From Squalus acanthias (Eukaryota): a stretch of DNA of 64,000 nt. Location of the stretch: assembly GCA_030390025.1 (NCBI GenBank), contig CM059432.1, positions 16,804,001-16,868,000 of the forward strand, read 5' to 3'. Below the pieces are notes generated by a model. The model saw only the letters and a list, made by a program, of their open reading frames with translations, searched no databases and had not been told where the DNA came from. Positions within the stretch are counted from its first letter, which is position 1. Every line of letters starts with the position of its first letter. Shown here piece by piece: positions 50,604 to 62,908 of this stretch. The position numbers and the translations under genes are program-made.

Positions 50604-52090
50604 CAAGACTTGTGCTCCAGGACTAGCCGCGCCTCTCGCCAAGCTGTTCCAGTACAGCTACAACACTGGCATCTATCCGACAATGTGGAAAACTGCCCAG
50701 GTATGTCCTGTCCACAAAAAGCAGGACAAATCCAATCCGGCCAATTACCGTCCCATCAGTCCACTCTCAATCATCAGCAAAGTGATGGAAGGCGTCATCG
50801 ACAGTGCTATCAAGCAGCACTTACTCACCAATAACCTGCTCACTGATGCCCAGTTTGGGTTCCGCCAGGACGACTCAGCTCCCAACCTCATTACAGCCTT
50901 GGTCCAAACATGGACAAAGGAGCTGAATTCCAGAGGTGAGTTGAGAGTGAATGCCCTTGACATCAAGGCAGCATTTGACCGAGTCTGGCATCAAGGAGCC
51001 CTAGTAAAACTGAAGTCAATGGGAATCGGGGGGAAAACGCTCCACTGGCTGGAGTCATACCTAGCACAAAGGAAGATGGTTGTGGTAATTGAAGGTCAAT
51101 CATCACAGCCCCAGGACATCACTGCAGGCGTTCCTCAGTGCAGTATCCTAGGCCTAACCATCTTCAGCTGCTTCATCAATGACTTTCCCTCCAACATAAG
51201 GTCAGAAATGGGGATGTTCACTGATGACTGCAGTGTTCAATGCCCTTCGCAACTCCTCAGATAATGAAGCAGTCCATGCCCGCATGCAACAAGACCTGGA
51301 CGACATTCAGGCTTGGGATTATAAGTGGCAGTTAACATTTGCACCACACAAGTGCCAGGTAATGACTGTCTCCAACAAGCGAGAGTCTAACCACCGCCCC
51401 TTGACATTCAACGGTATTACTATCGCTGAATCCCCCACCATCAACATCCTGGGGGGTCACCATTGACCAGAAACTTAACTGGACCAGCCACATAAATATT
51501 GAGGCAACAACAGCAGATCAGAGGCTAGGTATTCTGCGGCGAGTGTCTCACCTCCAGACTCCCCAAAGCCTTTCCACCATCTACAAGGCACAAGTCAGGA
51601 GTGGGATGAATACTCTCCATTGCCTGGATGAGTGCAGCTCCAACAACACTCAAGAAGCTCGACACCATCTAGGACAAAGCAGCCCGCTTGATTAGCACCC
51701 CATCCACCACCTTAAACATTCACTCCCTCTACCACCGGCGTACCGTGGCTGCAGTGTGCACCATCTACAAAATGCACTGCAGCAATTCACCAATACTACT
51801 TCGGCAGCACCTCCCAAACCCGCAACCTCTTGCACCTAGAAGGACAAGGGCAGCAGACGCATGGGAACATCACCACCTCCAAGTCACACACCATCCTGAT
51901 TTGGAAATATATTGCTGTTCCTTTATCGTCGCTGGGTCAAAATCCTGGAACTCCCTCCCTAACAGCACCGTGGGAGTACCTTCACCACACGGACTGCAGC
52001 GGTTCAAGAAGGGGGCTCACCACCACCCTCTCAAGGGCAATAAATGCTGGCCTTGCCAGCGACGCCCAGATCCTATGAACAAAAAAAAAC
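50604..52090 (+). mobile_element. Second CR1-group LINE family, RT to poly(A)
   Basis: WKTAQVCPVHKK, NYRPIS, QFGFRQ, LDIKAAFDRVWH, GVPQCSILG and FTDD motifs. AATAAA and an A-tail. TSD TAAGAAA(T/C)AGGA (50592-50603, 52091-52102). Confidence 0.9.
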
Positions 52091-55000
52091 TAAGAAACAG
52101 GAGCTGGAGTCGGCCATTTGGCCCTTCGAGCCTGCTCCGCCATTCAACAAGAGCATGGCTGATCTTCTACCTCAACACCACCTTCCCGCACTATCCCCAT
52201 ATCCCTTAATTCCAAAAATGTATCAACCTCTGTCTTGAATATACCAAACGACTGAGCATCCACAGCTCTCTGGGGTAGAGAATTCCAAAGAATCACAACC
52301 CTTTGAGTGAAGAAATTTCTCCTCATCTCCGTCCTAAATGGCCGACCCCTTATTCTGAGACTGCGACCCCGTGTTCTAGATTCCCCAGCCAGGGGAAACA
52401 TTTTCTCAGCATTAACCCTGTCAAGCCCCTTAAGAATTTTAGATGTTTCAATTAGATCAACTCTCATTCTTCTAAACTCTAGGGAATATAGGCCTACTCT
52501 ATTCAATCTCTCCTCATATGGCAATCCCCTCAACCCAGGAACCAGTCTAGTGAACTTTCGTTGCACTCTCTCTAAGGCAAGTGTGTCTTTCCTTAGGTAA
52601 GGAGACCAGAACTGTACACAGTACTCCAGGTGTAGCCTCACCAATGCCCTGTATAATTGTAGTAAGACTTTTTTACTCTTATACAATAATTCATTTGTAA
52701 TAAAAGCCAACATACCATTTGCTTTCCTAATTGCTTGCTGTACTTGCAGGCTAACTTTGCGATTCATGTATCGAATAACTAGGGCTGTAGAGAGGGCTTT
52801 AAACTAATTAGTGGGGGGGGGTTTCAAGAGAGCAAAAAATAAAAATGTCAGCGGAGAAGGCAATAGAGCAAAGTAGCAGTGGGGTAATTAAAAACCAGAG
52901 CGTGTCAGGAAGGGACAGAATATATAAAGATAAAGGTAAAGTAGTAAAGGGGGTAAAAGCAGGAATAAATTGTCACAAAACATATTTAAAAGTTCTTTAT
53001 CTGAATGCACGCAGCATTCGTAACAAAATAGACGAATTGACGGTACAAATAACTACGTATGGGTATGATCTTGTGGCCATTACAGAAACATGGCTGCAGG
53101 GTGACAACGATTGGGAATTAAATATGCCAGGGTATTTAACAATCAGGAAGGACAGACAGGAAGGAAGAGGAGGTGGGGTAGCTATGTTAATAAAGGAAGG
53201 AATCACTGTATTACAGAGAAATGATATTGGGTCAAAGGATCAGGATAATGAAACAGTTTGGGTGGAGATAAGGAATAATAAAGGGAAAAAAACACTAGTG
53301 GGAGTAGTATATAGGCCTCCTAATAGTTGCAACTCTGCTGGAAGAAGTATTAATCAGGAAATAGTTGGGGCATGTAATAAGGGAACAGCTATAATTATGG
53401 GGGATTTTAACTATCATATTAACTGGACAAATCAAATTGGGCAGGGCAGCCTTGAGGAAGAGTTTATTGAGTGTATTAGGGATGGATTTCTTGAGCAGTA
53501 TGTAACTGATCCTATATAAGGTAGCCAAACTTAGTGGGAGGATAGAAGATTGGGAAGTCTTCAAAAGACAGCAAAAAGTAACTAAAGGATTGATTAAGAA
53601 AGGGAAGGTAGATTATGAAAATAAATTGGCAAAAAATATAAAAACAGATAGCAAGAGTTTCTATAGTTATATAAAAAGAAAAAGGGTGGCTAAGGCAAAC
53701 GTAGGTCCCTTAGAGGATGAGACCGGGAAATTAATGGTGGGAAACATGGAGATTGCAAAAATGCTGAACAAATAATTTGTTTCAGTCTTTACGGTAGAGG
53801 ACACTAAGAATATCCCAACACTGGACAAACAGGGGGCTCTAGGGGGGGAGGAGCTAAATACGATTAAAATCACTAAGGAATTGGTACTCAGTAAAATAAT
53901 GGGACTCAAGGCGGATAAATCCTAGGGTCTTGAGGAAAAGTGGCAATAGGGATTGTGGATGCTTTGGTAATAATTTTCCAAAATTCCCTGGACTCAGCAA
54001 AGGTCCCGGCAGATTGGAAAACTGCTAATGTAACACCCTTATTTAAAAAGGGTTGTAGGCAGAAAGCTGGAAATTATAGACCAGTTAATCTAACATCTGT
54101 GGTGGGTAAAATTTTGGAGTCTATTATTAAGGAGACAGTAACGGAACATTTAGATAAACATAATTTGATAGGACAAAGTCAGCATGGCTTTATGAGGGGA
54201 AATCATGTCTGACAAATTTGCTCGAGTTCTTTGAGGACATAACGTACAGGGTGGATAAAGGGGAACCAATGGACGTAGTGTATTTAGACTTCCAGAAGGC
54301 ATTCGACAAGGTGCCACATAAAAGATTATTGCTCAAGATAAAAAATCACTGGATTGGGGGGAATATTCTGGCATGGGTGGAGGATTGGTTATCTAACAGG
54401 AAGCAGAGAGTTGGGATAAATGGTTCATTCTCGGACTGGCAACCAGTAGCCAGTGGTGTTCCGCAGGGGTCGGTGCTGGGTCCCCAACTCTTTACAATCT
54501 ATATTAACGATTTGGAGGAGGGGGATTTGGCAGATGCAATACAATATTGGAAAATGTGAGGTTATGCACTTTGGCAGGAAAAATCAGAGAGCAAGTTATT
54601 ATCTTAATGGCGAGAAACTGGAAAGTACTGCAGTACAAAGGGATCTGGGGGTCCTAGTGCAAGAAAATCAAAAAGTTAGTATGCAGGTGCAGCAGGTGAT
54701 CAAGAAGGCCAACGGAATGTTGGCTTTTATTGCTAGGGGGATAGATTATAAAAACAGGGAGGTATTGCTACAGTTATATAAGGTATTGGTGAGACCGCAT
54801 CTGGAATACTGCATACAGTTTTGGTGTCCATACTTAAGAAAAGACATACTTGCTCTCGAGGCAGTACAAAGAAGGTTCACTCGGTTAATCCCCGGGATGA
54901 GGGGGTGGACATACGAGGAGAGGTTGAGTAGATTGGGACTCTACTCATTGGAGTTCAGAAGAATGAGAGGCGATCTTATTGAAACATATAAGATTGTGAA

Positions 55001-55962
55001 GGGGCTTGATCGGGTGGATGCGGTAAGGATGTTCCCAAGGATGGGTGAAACTAGAACTAGGGGGCATAATCTTAGAATAAGGGGCTGCTCTTTCAAAACT
55101 GAGATGAGGAGAAACTTCTTCACTCAGAGGGTAGTAGGTCTGTGGAATTTGCTGCCCCAGGAAGCTGTGGAAGCTACATCATTAAATAAATTTAAAACAG
55201 AAATAGACAGTTTCCTAGAAGTAAAGGGAATTAGGGGTTACGGGGAGCGGGCAGGAAATTGGACATGAGGCTGAGTTCAGATCGGTCGAGGCCCTGTGGG
55301 TGGCGTAGCGGGCCCAGGGGCTGAGTGGCCGGGTCCTGCTCCTACTTCTTGTGTTCTTTAGATTTGAGGTGAGGATCAGATCAGCCATGATCTTATTGAA
55401 TGGCGGAGCAGGCTCGAAGGGCCGATTGGTCTACTCCTGCTCCTATTTCTTATGTTCTTATGTACAAGGACACCCAGGTCCCTCTGAATGCAAACATTTC
55501 CCAGTCTCTCACCATGCAAAAAATATTCTGCTTTTTTGTTTTTCCTACCAAAGTGGATAAATTAACACTTCCCCAGTGTATTCCATTTGCCATGTTCTTG
55601 TCCACTCAGTCAACCTGTCTATATCTCTCTGCAGCCTCTTTGCATTACTTACTTTCCCACCTAACTTTGTATCATCAGCAAACTTGGATATGTTACTCAG
55701 TCCCTTCATCTAAGTCACTAATATAGATTGTAAATTGTTGAGGCCTAAGCACTGATCCTTGCGGTACCCCGCTAGTTACAGCCTGCCAACCTTAAAAAGT
55801 CCCGTTTATTCCTACTCTCTGTTTTCTGTCATTAGCCAATCCTCAATCCATGCTAATATATTACCCCCAATCCCATGAGTCCTAATTTTGCGTAATAACC
55901 TCTTGTGTGGCACCTTATTGAATGCTTTTTGAAAATCCAAATACACTACATCCACTGGTTCC
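52091..55962 (-). mobile_element. Antisense CR1 (tail at 50584-50603; body 52091-52770 and 55460-55962)
   Basis: 207-aa ORF at 52144-52767. The element continues at TGTACAAGGACACCC after the sense insert. Highly similar to 29599-31026. Confidence 0.9.
52771..55459 (+). mobile_element. Young CR1 LINE ORF2 (endonuclease + RT) with internal deletions
   Basis: ORFs 52845-53519 (YLNARSIRNK, ITETWL, YRPP, MGDFN), 53940-54559 and 54453-55268. ATGTA duplicated at 52766-52770 and 55460-55464. (TTCTTATG)n tail. Confidence 0.95.
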
Positions 55963-55997
55963 ATCCCTCCAGTCCAAAAAACATCCATTAACCACTA

Positions 55998-56095
55998 AAA
56001 TAACAACAGAAAGCTCTGGAAAAACTCAGCAGGCCAGGCAACATCCGTGGAGAGAGAAACAGAGTTAACGTTTCAGGTCGAAGACCCTTCGTCAG
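55998..56095 (-). mobile_element. Penelope-like family B mini-insertion
   Basis: AACCACTA duplicated at 55990-55997 and 56096-56103. Homologous to 3759-3831. Confidence 0.8.
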
Positions 56096-56098
56096 AAC
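56064..56098 (-). ncRNA. Minimal type I hammerhead ribozyme motif (family B)
   Basis: GUU-CUGACGA-A-GGGUC-uuc-GACCU-GAAA-CG-UU-AAC: palindromic ACGU stem III and stem I GUU/AAC. Confidence 0.75.
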
Positions 56099-57937
56099 CA
56101 CTACTCTGTTCTCTTTCCTTTAGCCAGTTTGTTATTGATTTTGCCACATTCCCTTATACCACGCACTTAATTTTATCAACAATCTTCCAACACCGCACCT
56201 TAATAATCAACTTTTGAAAATCCATACACACACCAGAGGTGTTACATTGGCAACCGACCAGTCCTCTGATATAAATTCCATTTCAAGCATGTTTGAAAGA
56301 TTGTGGTTGGAGATCTGCTCTTTCCCGTCTGACTTCCTTCAACAGGTGCCTTTACTATTTTGAGTTGCATAAATTTTTTCAGCAGTAATTCCTGATCGCT
56401 GGTTATCCATTCAATTGCTCCATTTTGTTCTTGTACCATTTTATTCCCACAATTGCACATTTCTGCGAAAACGTCAAGTCCTGACTTTGTATCTCTGCCA
56501 TTCCATCATCTTTTGTAAGACTGTCTGTTGATGAATGAGGAACGGTATTTATATTATCAGCTGCATTTATTGGGTTTTGTATGGCACTAGTCCCACCAGT
56601 TTCCAATTTGCGAGCCTGACAAGGCCAGCAGCATCCCCAGAATGCTGACCTTGAAGTTCTACTATTCTCTTTGACATGGTATCAGTTTACCCATTTTGTT
56701 AAAAAAACAGAAGTAACCAGAAACATAAGTAATTCCTCCCACCACCACCCCCACTCTCTCCACTTCTCTCCCATTATCCCTCCAGAACAGTCAAAAAAGT
56801 AATAGAAGTTTAAATTTCAATAGAAGCCACTGAGGACATGACCAGACTTATGCTCATTTCCTTTTCCTGTGTTTGCTTTCTCATTTGATTTGTCATCTCC
56901 TACCCTACTACTCTATACTAATGTACAAAGAAAGATGTATGAAATTATTCTTTATATTTATATTTTAAATCAAGTTTGTTTAGTTAAAGTATCTAAGCTA
57001 CATACCACTATTCAAGTACAGCTCACTTCTGTCAGTTTCCTCTCTGGTATTCCATGCAGTTCAAAAGGTTTTTCCCCTCTACAGAGAACAGCAAGGCTAC
57101 TCAAAACATTAATAATACTTGAATTTCCTCTGTAGCATATCCTTCATCCTGCAAAATGATGACTTCACCACTGCTCATATGACCTTTACATCCTTTATGA
57201 ACTTCCTTCATTTATTCCATTAGATAATTGTTAGGCTACAGAGACTGGCTTCAAGATTGTGGATCCTCCATTTAATTATCTAGTATGAAGCGATATGGCA
57301 TTTTCTCTTTTCGCACACTCATCCAAATAATGTAACCTCCTTTTTTTTGCTCCAATGCATTAATATTTCTCCAAAGCAGCCGTGTGAATGATTTGCTTTC
57401 CCAGTCTTCATACAGCAAATGCATTAACTTCTGTACAACAGCAATACCATAGAGGTTTACAGCATAGGAGAGCATTTCGCCCAGTGCCTCCATGCCAGTA
57501 CTTTCCTAGAGTCAAGATTGAGACGTAAACTCACATCGCAATATTGTAAGAAGAGTGGAAAGTTTAGAATTTGGTCAGAGTAGGAATTCGATGCGGAGGG
57601 GGGAAGGAGGTGCTTCTTTTTGCCTTTAACAGTTGTAGTGGTTTGTGTAAACTTGAGGCAGTAAGTAGAGCAGCAGATTTAAACAGTGTGCAAGAGCTGG
57701 CAGCAGCAGAGCCCATTGGGAGAAGCAGGGCGGCAGAACAGACAGAAGAAAAACTCAAAAAGTGACGTCATAGTCAGCACCGTGTGTGGAGCGGCACGGG
57801 TAAGTCATGGGTATTAAGTTTATTAGTTAGTGTTTTTAGTGGTTAGTGTCTTTTATTTAGTGGATAGCATTTACGTTTTGGCATTAGCTAAACAGTTAAA
57901 TAGCCATAAAGCTAAAAAGAATCTGTATATAAATATA

Positions 57938-58073
57938 AAAGTGAGAAGTCGCACAACACCAGGTTATAGTCCAACAGCTTTATTTGAAATCACAAGCTTT
58001 CGGAGCGCTGCTCCTTCGTCAGGTGACCTCTCACTTTTGTCCACCCCAGTCCAACACCGGCATCTCCGCATCA
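57938..58073. mobile_element. Penelope-like family A mini-insertion in a CR1 5-prime UTR
   Basis: 12-bp TSD TATATAAATATA (57926-57937, 58074-58085). An inverted hammerhead-bearing segment is joined to a plus-strand tail. Confidence 0.85.
57990..58026 (-). ncRNA. Minimal type I hammerhead ribozyme motif
   Basis: UCAC-CUGACGA-A-GGAGC-agc-GCUCC-GAAA-GC-UU-GUGA. Confidence 0.78.
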
Positions 58074-61000
58074 TATATAAATATAGACTAAGATATGGCA
58101 GAGCAGGTTGTGTGTCTGGATTGCACTATGTGGGAGTTTGTAGACAACGAGACTGTCCAAAGTGAACACGTCTGCAGTTGATGTCTCAGCCTCAAATCCC
58201 TCTGGCACAGTCATTGAACTGAAGTACAAGTTGAAGACACTTCGACGCATAAGGGAGGGGGAGGAGTATCTGGACAGTTTGCTCCCGAATTCGGTCACAC
58301 CTTATAGAGGGGTGCAGGATCAGAACAGGGTGACTGATAGTATACAGCGTAAGGGGAACCCAGGAGAGAGAGAACGAGGGTCCGCAGAAACTGATCCTAT
58401 CCAACAGGTACAATGTGCTTGCAACCTGTGAGATAAAGATGAAGATTGTCGGAAGGACAGACAGAATGCAAACCAAGGCACCTTGGAGCAGGAGGCTGTC
58501 CAAAGGGGGGAGGAGGGGAAGCATAATGTGGGAGTTTGTAGGGGATTCTATAATTAGGGGGACAGATTGCATCCTTTGTAAGCAAGATCAAGAGTCCCAC
58601 ATGGTATGTTGCCCGCCTGGTGCCAGGGTGAGGGACATCTCGAACCAGCTTGAAAGGATATTGGAGAGGGAGGGGGGAAGATCCAGTCGTTGTGGTCCAT
58701 GTTGGGACAAACAACATAGCAAAGAGTAGGCAAGAGGTCCTGTTCAGAGAGTAACAGGAGCTAGGAGCCAAATTAAAAAACAGAACTTCAAGGGTTATAA
58801 TCTCTGGATTATTACCGGAGCCATGTGAAAATTGGCATAGGGATAAGAAGATTAGAGAGTTGAACACGTGGCTGAAGGAGTGGTGTGGAAAAGAGGGGTT
58901 CAATTTCATGGGACACGCATCAGTACTGGGACAGGAAGAAACTGTACCGTTGGAACAGGCTCCACCTGAATCGGGCTGGGACCAGAGACCTAGCAAAAAG
59001 GATATAAATGGGGCGGTCACAAGCAATGCTCCCTTTAAGCTGTGCAGCGCTCTGCAGCGCCCGCACAGCCAGCTTACCTGCTTTTAAATAGGAAAAACCT
59101 TAAACGGGGCCATGCACCCAAAAAGAAAATTAAAGGGAACATTGGTCACAAGGACTTTAAACTAATAAATGGGGGTGGCGGAGGGAGGAGGGCTCAGGTG
59201 GAAAAGGTAGTATAAGTAACAATTCCAAAACAAATGAAAAGCAAGAGAGTAATAGTCAGAAATTGTTCATTAGACACTACAGGTAAAGGGAAAACTAAAA
59301 GATGTAAAGTAATTAAATCAGGAGACAGAAATAAGAAATGAGAGAGAAAAGCATTAGAGCAGGACGGACAGGTTAGGGTCTGTGGCCCCAATAAACGTTC
59401 TTTATACAAAAGCACGGAGTATAAGGAACAAATTGAATGAATTGCAGGTGCAAATTCAACTTAGAGGGTGCGATATGGTAGCTATTACTGAGATACAGCT
59501 GCAAGACGGTCAGGACTGGGAATTGAATATACCAGTTTATAACGTCTACAGGAAGGATAGGGGGAGGAGTAACATTATTGATTAAGGATGAAATTACTTC
59601 TATGATAAGAAATGATATAACAAGAGGTAAGCAGGCAGTGGAGACTTTATGGGTAGAATCAAGAAATAGAAAAAGATTTAAGACTGCAGTGGGAGTTGTG
59701 TATAGGCCCCCCTGGTAGCAGCTGTGAAGTGGCAGAATGTATTAATGCAGAGATTAGACACGCATGTAGTAAAGGCAGAGTGGTTTTAATGGGGGATTTT
59801 AACTTCCATATAGATTGGGATAAGTAGACGACCTCATGTCAGAAAGATAACGAATTTCTTGTGTGGCCAGGATAGTTTTCTGTGACAATGCATCCTAGAA
59901 CCAACAAGGGGCAAGCCATATTAGATTTAATAATGAGTAATGAGCCAGATTTAGTTAACAGCCGAATGGTGCGTGAACATTTATCTAATAGCGAGCATAA
60001 TATGATTGAGTTCAATATCATGTTTGAAAGGGAGAAATGTGAAACAGCTACTAAGATTCTAGATTTAGGTAAGCCTAACTTCAACGGGATGAGAGAGACT
60101 ATCCACAGTAAACTGGGCAAATCTGTTAATGGGTAAAACGACAGATGATCAGTGGGAGATGTTCAAAAAAGAATTTAACGTGATACAGAACCAGTTTATA
60201 CCCCTAAGGGCAAGAGCTCGACTTGCCAAAAAAAAGCAGCCATGGACGACTAAAGAGGTAAGGGACAGCATAAAACTAAAAGAAAAAGCATACAAAAATG
60301 CAATACATAGCATAGATCCTGGCGAATTGGAGATTCGCCAAAATTAACGTAAGTAAATTAACAGCAATGAATAAAATAATGGCACTAAAGTGTGACAAAT
60401 TCCCAGGGCCTGATGGGTTTTATGCCAGAGTTTTAAAGGAAGTAGGTGAGAACATTGCAGATGCCCTAACTATGATCTTCCAAAGTCCTCTCTATTCAGG
60501 AACCATTCCTTTAGATTGGAAAATTGCACAGGTCACTCCGCTATTTAAGAAAGGTGAGAAAGGGAAAACAGACCAGTTAGCCTAACATCTGTGGTCAGGA
60601 AATTACTAGAGTCTATAATTAAGGATGAAGTGACTGAACACCTTGAAAAGTTTCAGCTGATCAGAGAGAGCCAGCATGGGTATTTAAAGGGTAGGTGATG
60701 CATGACGAATCTGATTGAATTTTTGAAAAGGTGACTAAAGTAGTGAACAGGGGAATATCGATGTGATTTATATGGACTTTCAGAAGGCATTCGATAAAGT
60801 CCCTCATAAGAGACTGTTAGCTAAGTTGAAGCTTGTGAAATTGAGGGCAATTTATTGACATGGTTAGGGCATTGGCTGAGCGGCAGGAAGACAGAGAGTA
60901 GGGATAATGGGCAGGTACTCTAATTGGCAGGATGTGAGTAGTGGCGTCCCAGAGGGATCTGTACTGGGGCCTCAACTATTCACTTATTTATTAACGACTT

Positions 61001-61635
61001 AGATGACGGGATAGAGCGTCACATATCCATGTTTACCTATGATACAAAGATAGGCTGCATTGCAAGCAGTGTAGACGGAAGCATAAAATTACAAAGCGAT
61101 ATTAATAGATTAAGTGAATGGGTAAAACTGTGGCAAATGGATTTCAATATTGGCAAGTGTGAGGTCATCCACTTTGGACCTAAAAAAAAGGATAGATCAG
61201 AGTACTTTTGAAATGGTGAAATGCTAAAAGCAGTGGAGTCGGAAGGGACTTAAGGGTCCATGTACATAGATCATTAAAATGTCATGGCCAGGTACAACAA
61301 AATAATCAAACAGGCTAATGAAATTCTGGCCTTTATATCAAGAGGACTAGAATACAAGGGGTTAGAAGTCATGCTGCAGCTATACAAAGCCCTGGTTAGA
61401 CCACAGCTGGAGTACTCAGTTCTGGGCACCACACCTTAGGAAGGATATACTGGCCTTGGAGGAAGTGCAGCATAGATTTATTAGACCGATACCTGGACTC
61501 CAAGGGTTAAATTACGAGGAGCGATTACACAAACAAAGGTTGTATTAGTTGGAATTTAGAAGATTAAGGGGTGACTTCATCCAAATTTTCAAGATATTAC
61601 AAGGAACTGGTAGGGTAGAGAGAGAGAGAGAGAAA

Positions 61636-62546
61636 CATAAGAACGTAAGAATTAGGAGCAGGAGTAGGCCATATGGCCCCTCATGGCTGATCTTCGATCT
61701 CAACTCCACTTTCCCACCCGATCCCCATGAGTCCAAAAATCTATCCATCTCAGCCTTGAATATACTCAACGACTGAGCATCCACAGCCCTCTGGGGTAGA
61801 GAATTCCAAAGATTCACAACCCCGAGTGAAGAAATTCCTCCTCATCTCAGTCTTAAATGGCCGACCCCTTATCCTGGGACTATGCCCCCTAGTTCTAGAC
61901 TTTCCACCCAGGGGAAACAACCTCTCAGCATCTACCCTGTCAATCCCCCTCAGAATCTTGTGTTTCAATGAGATCCCCTCTCATTCTTCTAAACTCCAGA
62001 GAATGTAGGCCCAATCTACTCAATCTCTCCTCAGAGGACAACCCTCTCATCCCAGGGATCAACCTAGTGAACTTTTGTTGCACTGCCTCGAAGGCATGTA
62101 TGTCCTTTCTCAGATAAGGAGACCAAAACTGTGCCCAGTACTGTAGATGTGGTCTCACCAAAGCCCTGTACAATTGCAGTATACTTCCTTACTCTTGCAC
62201 TCCAACCCCCTTGCAATAAAAGCCAATATGCCATTTGCCTTCCTAATTGCTTGCTGTACCTGTATGCTAACTTTCTGGTTTCCTGTAGGAGGACACCTAA
62301 ATCTCTCTGAACACCAACGTTTAATAGTTTCTCACCATTTAAAAAAATTCTGTTTTTCTATTCTTGCTACCAAAGTGAATAACCTCACATTTCCCCACAT
62401 TATACTCCATCTGCCACCTTAATGCCCACTCACTTAAACTGTCTAAATCCCTTTGCAGGCTCTGGGTCCTCCTCACAACTTACTTTCCCACCTAACTTTG
62501 TATCATCAGCAAACTTGGATACATTGCACTTGGTCCCTTCATCTAC
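61636..62546 (-). mobile_element. Antisense CR1 3-prime fragment nested in the large CR1
   Basis: LVRPHLQYWAQFWSP and FADDTKLGG on minus, with CATAAGAAC tail. Confidence 0.9.
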
Positions 62547-62548
62547 TA

Positions 62549-62908
62549 CAGGAAACTCTCTTTTAACCGGCAGCCAAATAACCGGAAATCTCTCTTAACC
62601 GGCAAAATTCTTGAGTAGGTAACCGGGGTTTTCCTTCATCTCTCCTTTAAAAATAACTTTTTAAAAACCGAGGCGTTTGCCTTGTATCGGAGCATATAGA
62701 TTGGGAGGGGAATGTGCAGCCCGGGTAGGCAGCGGACACGACAGATGGTCAGCTGGCGGTCCCCGGGGAGACGGAGCTCCGAATGCAGGCGCATGTCAGT
62801 GTGTACGGGACTCTCGTACGTTGGGAGATATAGCTCTCTGTTATCCGGACTTTTTGATAAACCGGCACCACGCCGGTCCGTCGGTGCCGGTTAATAAAGA
62901 GTTTCCTG
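62549..62908. mobile_element. Tc1/mariner-pogo (Tigger-like) MITE
   Basis: TA TSD. 24-bp TIRs CAGGAAACTCTCTTTTAACCGGCA / TGCCGGTTAATAAAGAGTTTCCTG (2 mismatches). Confidence 0.85.

Larger units (their letters stand above)
50195..57530 (-). mobile_element. Ancient CR1 ORF2 hosting a multi-level nest (own pieces about 50195-50583 and 55963-57530)
   Basis: Degenerate minus-strand remnants EDWSVANVTPL, MDFQK, TTIFQTCL and VPQES. The pieces flank the younger inserts collinearly. The right boundary is uncertain. Confidence 0.6.

Noticed and set aside
56242..57493. Short minus-strand ORFs that looked like host exons or a Penelope ORF start
   Set aside because: Neighbouring frames give EDWSVANVTPL and MDFQK, so decayed CR1 ORF2 is the simpler explanation.
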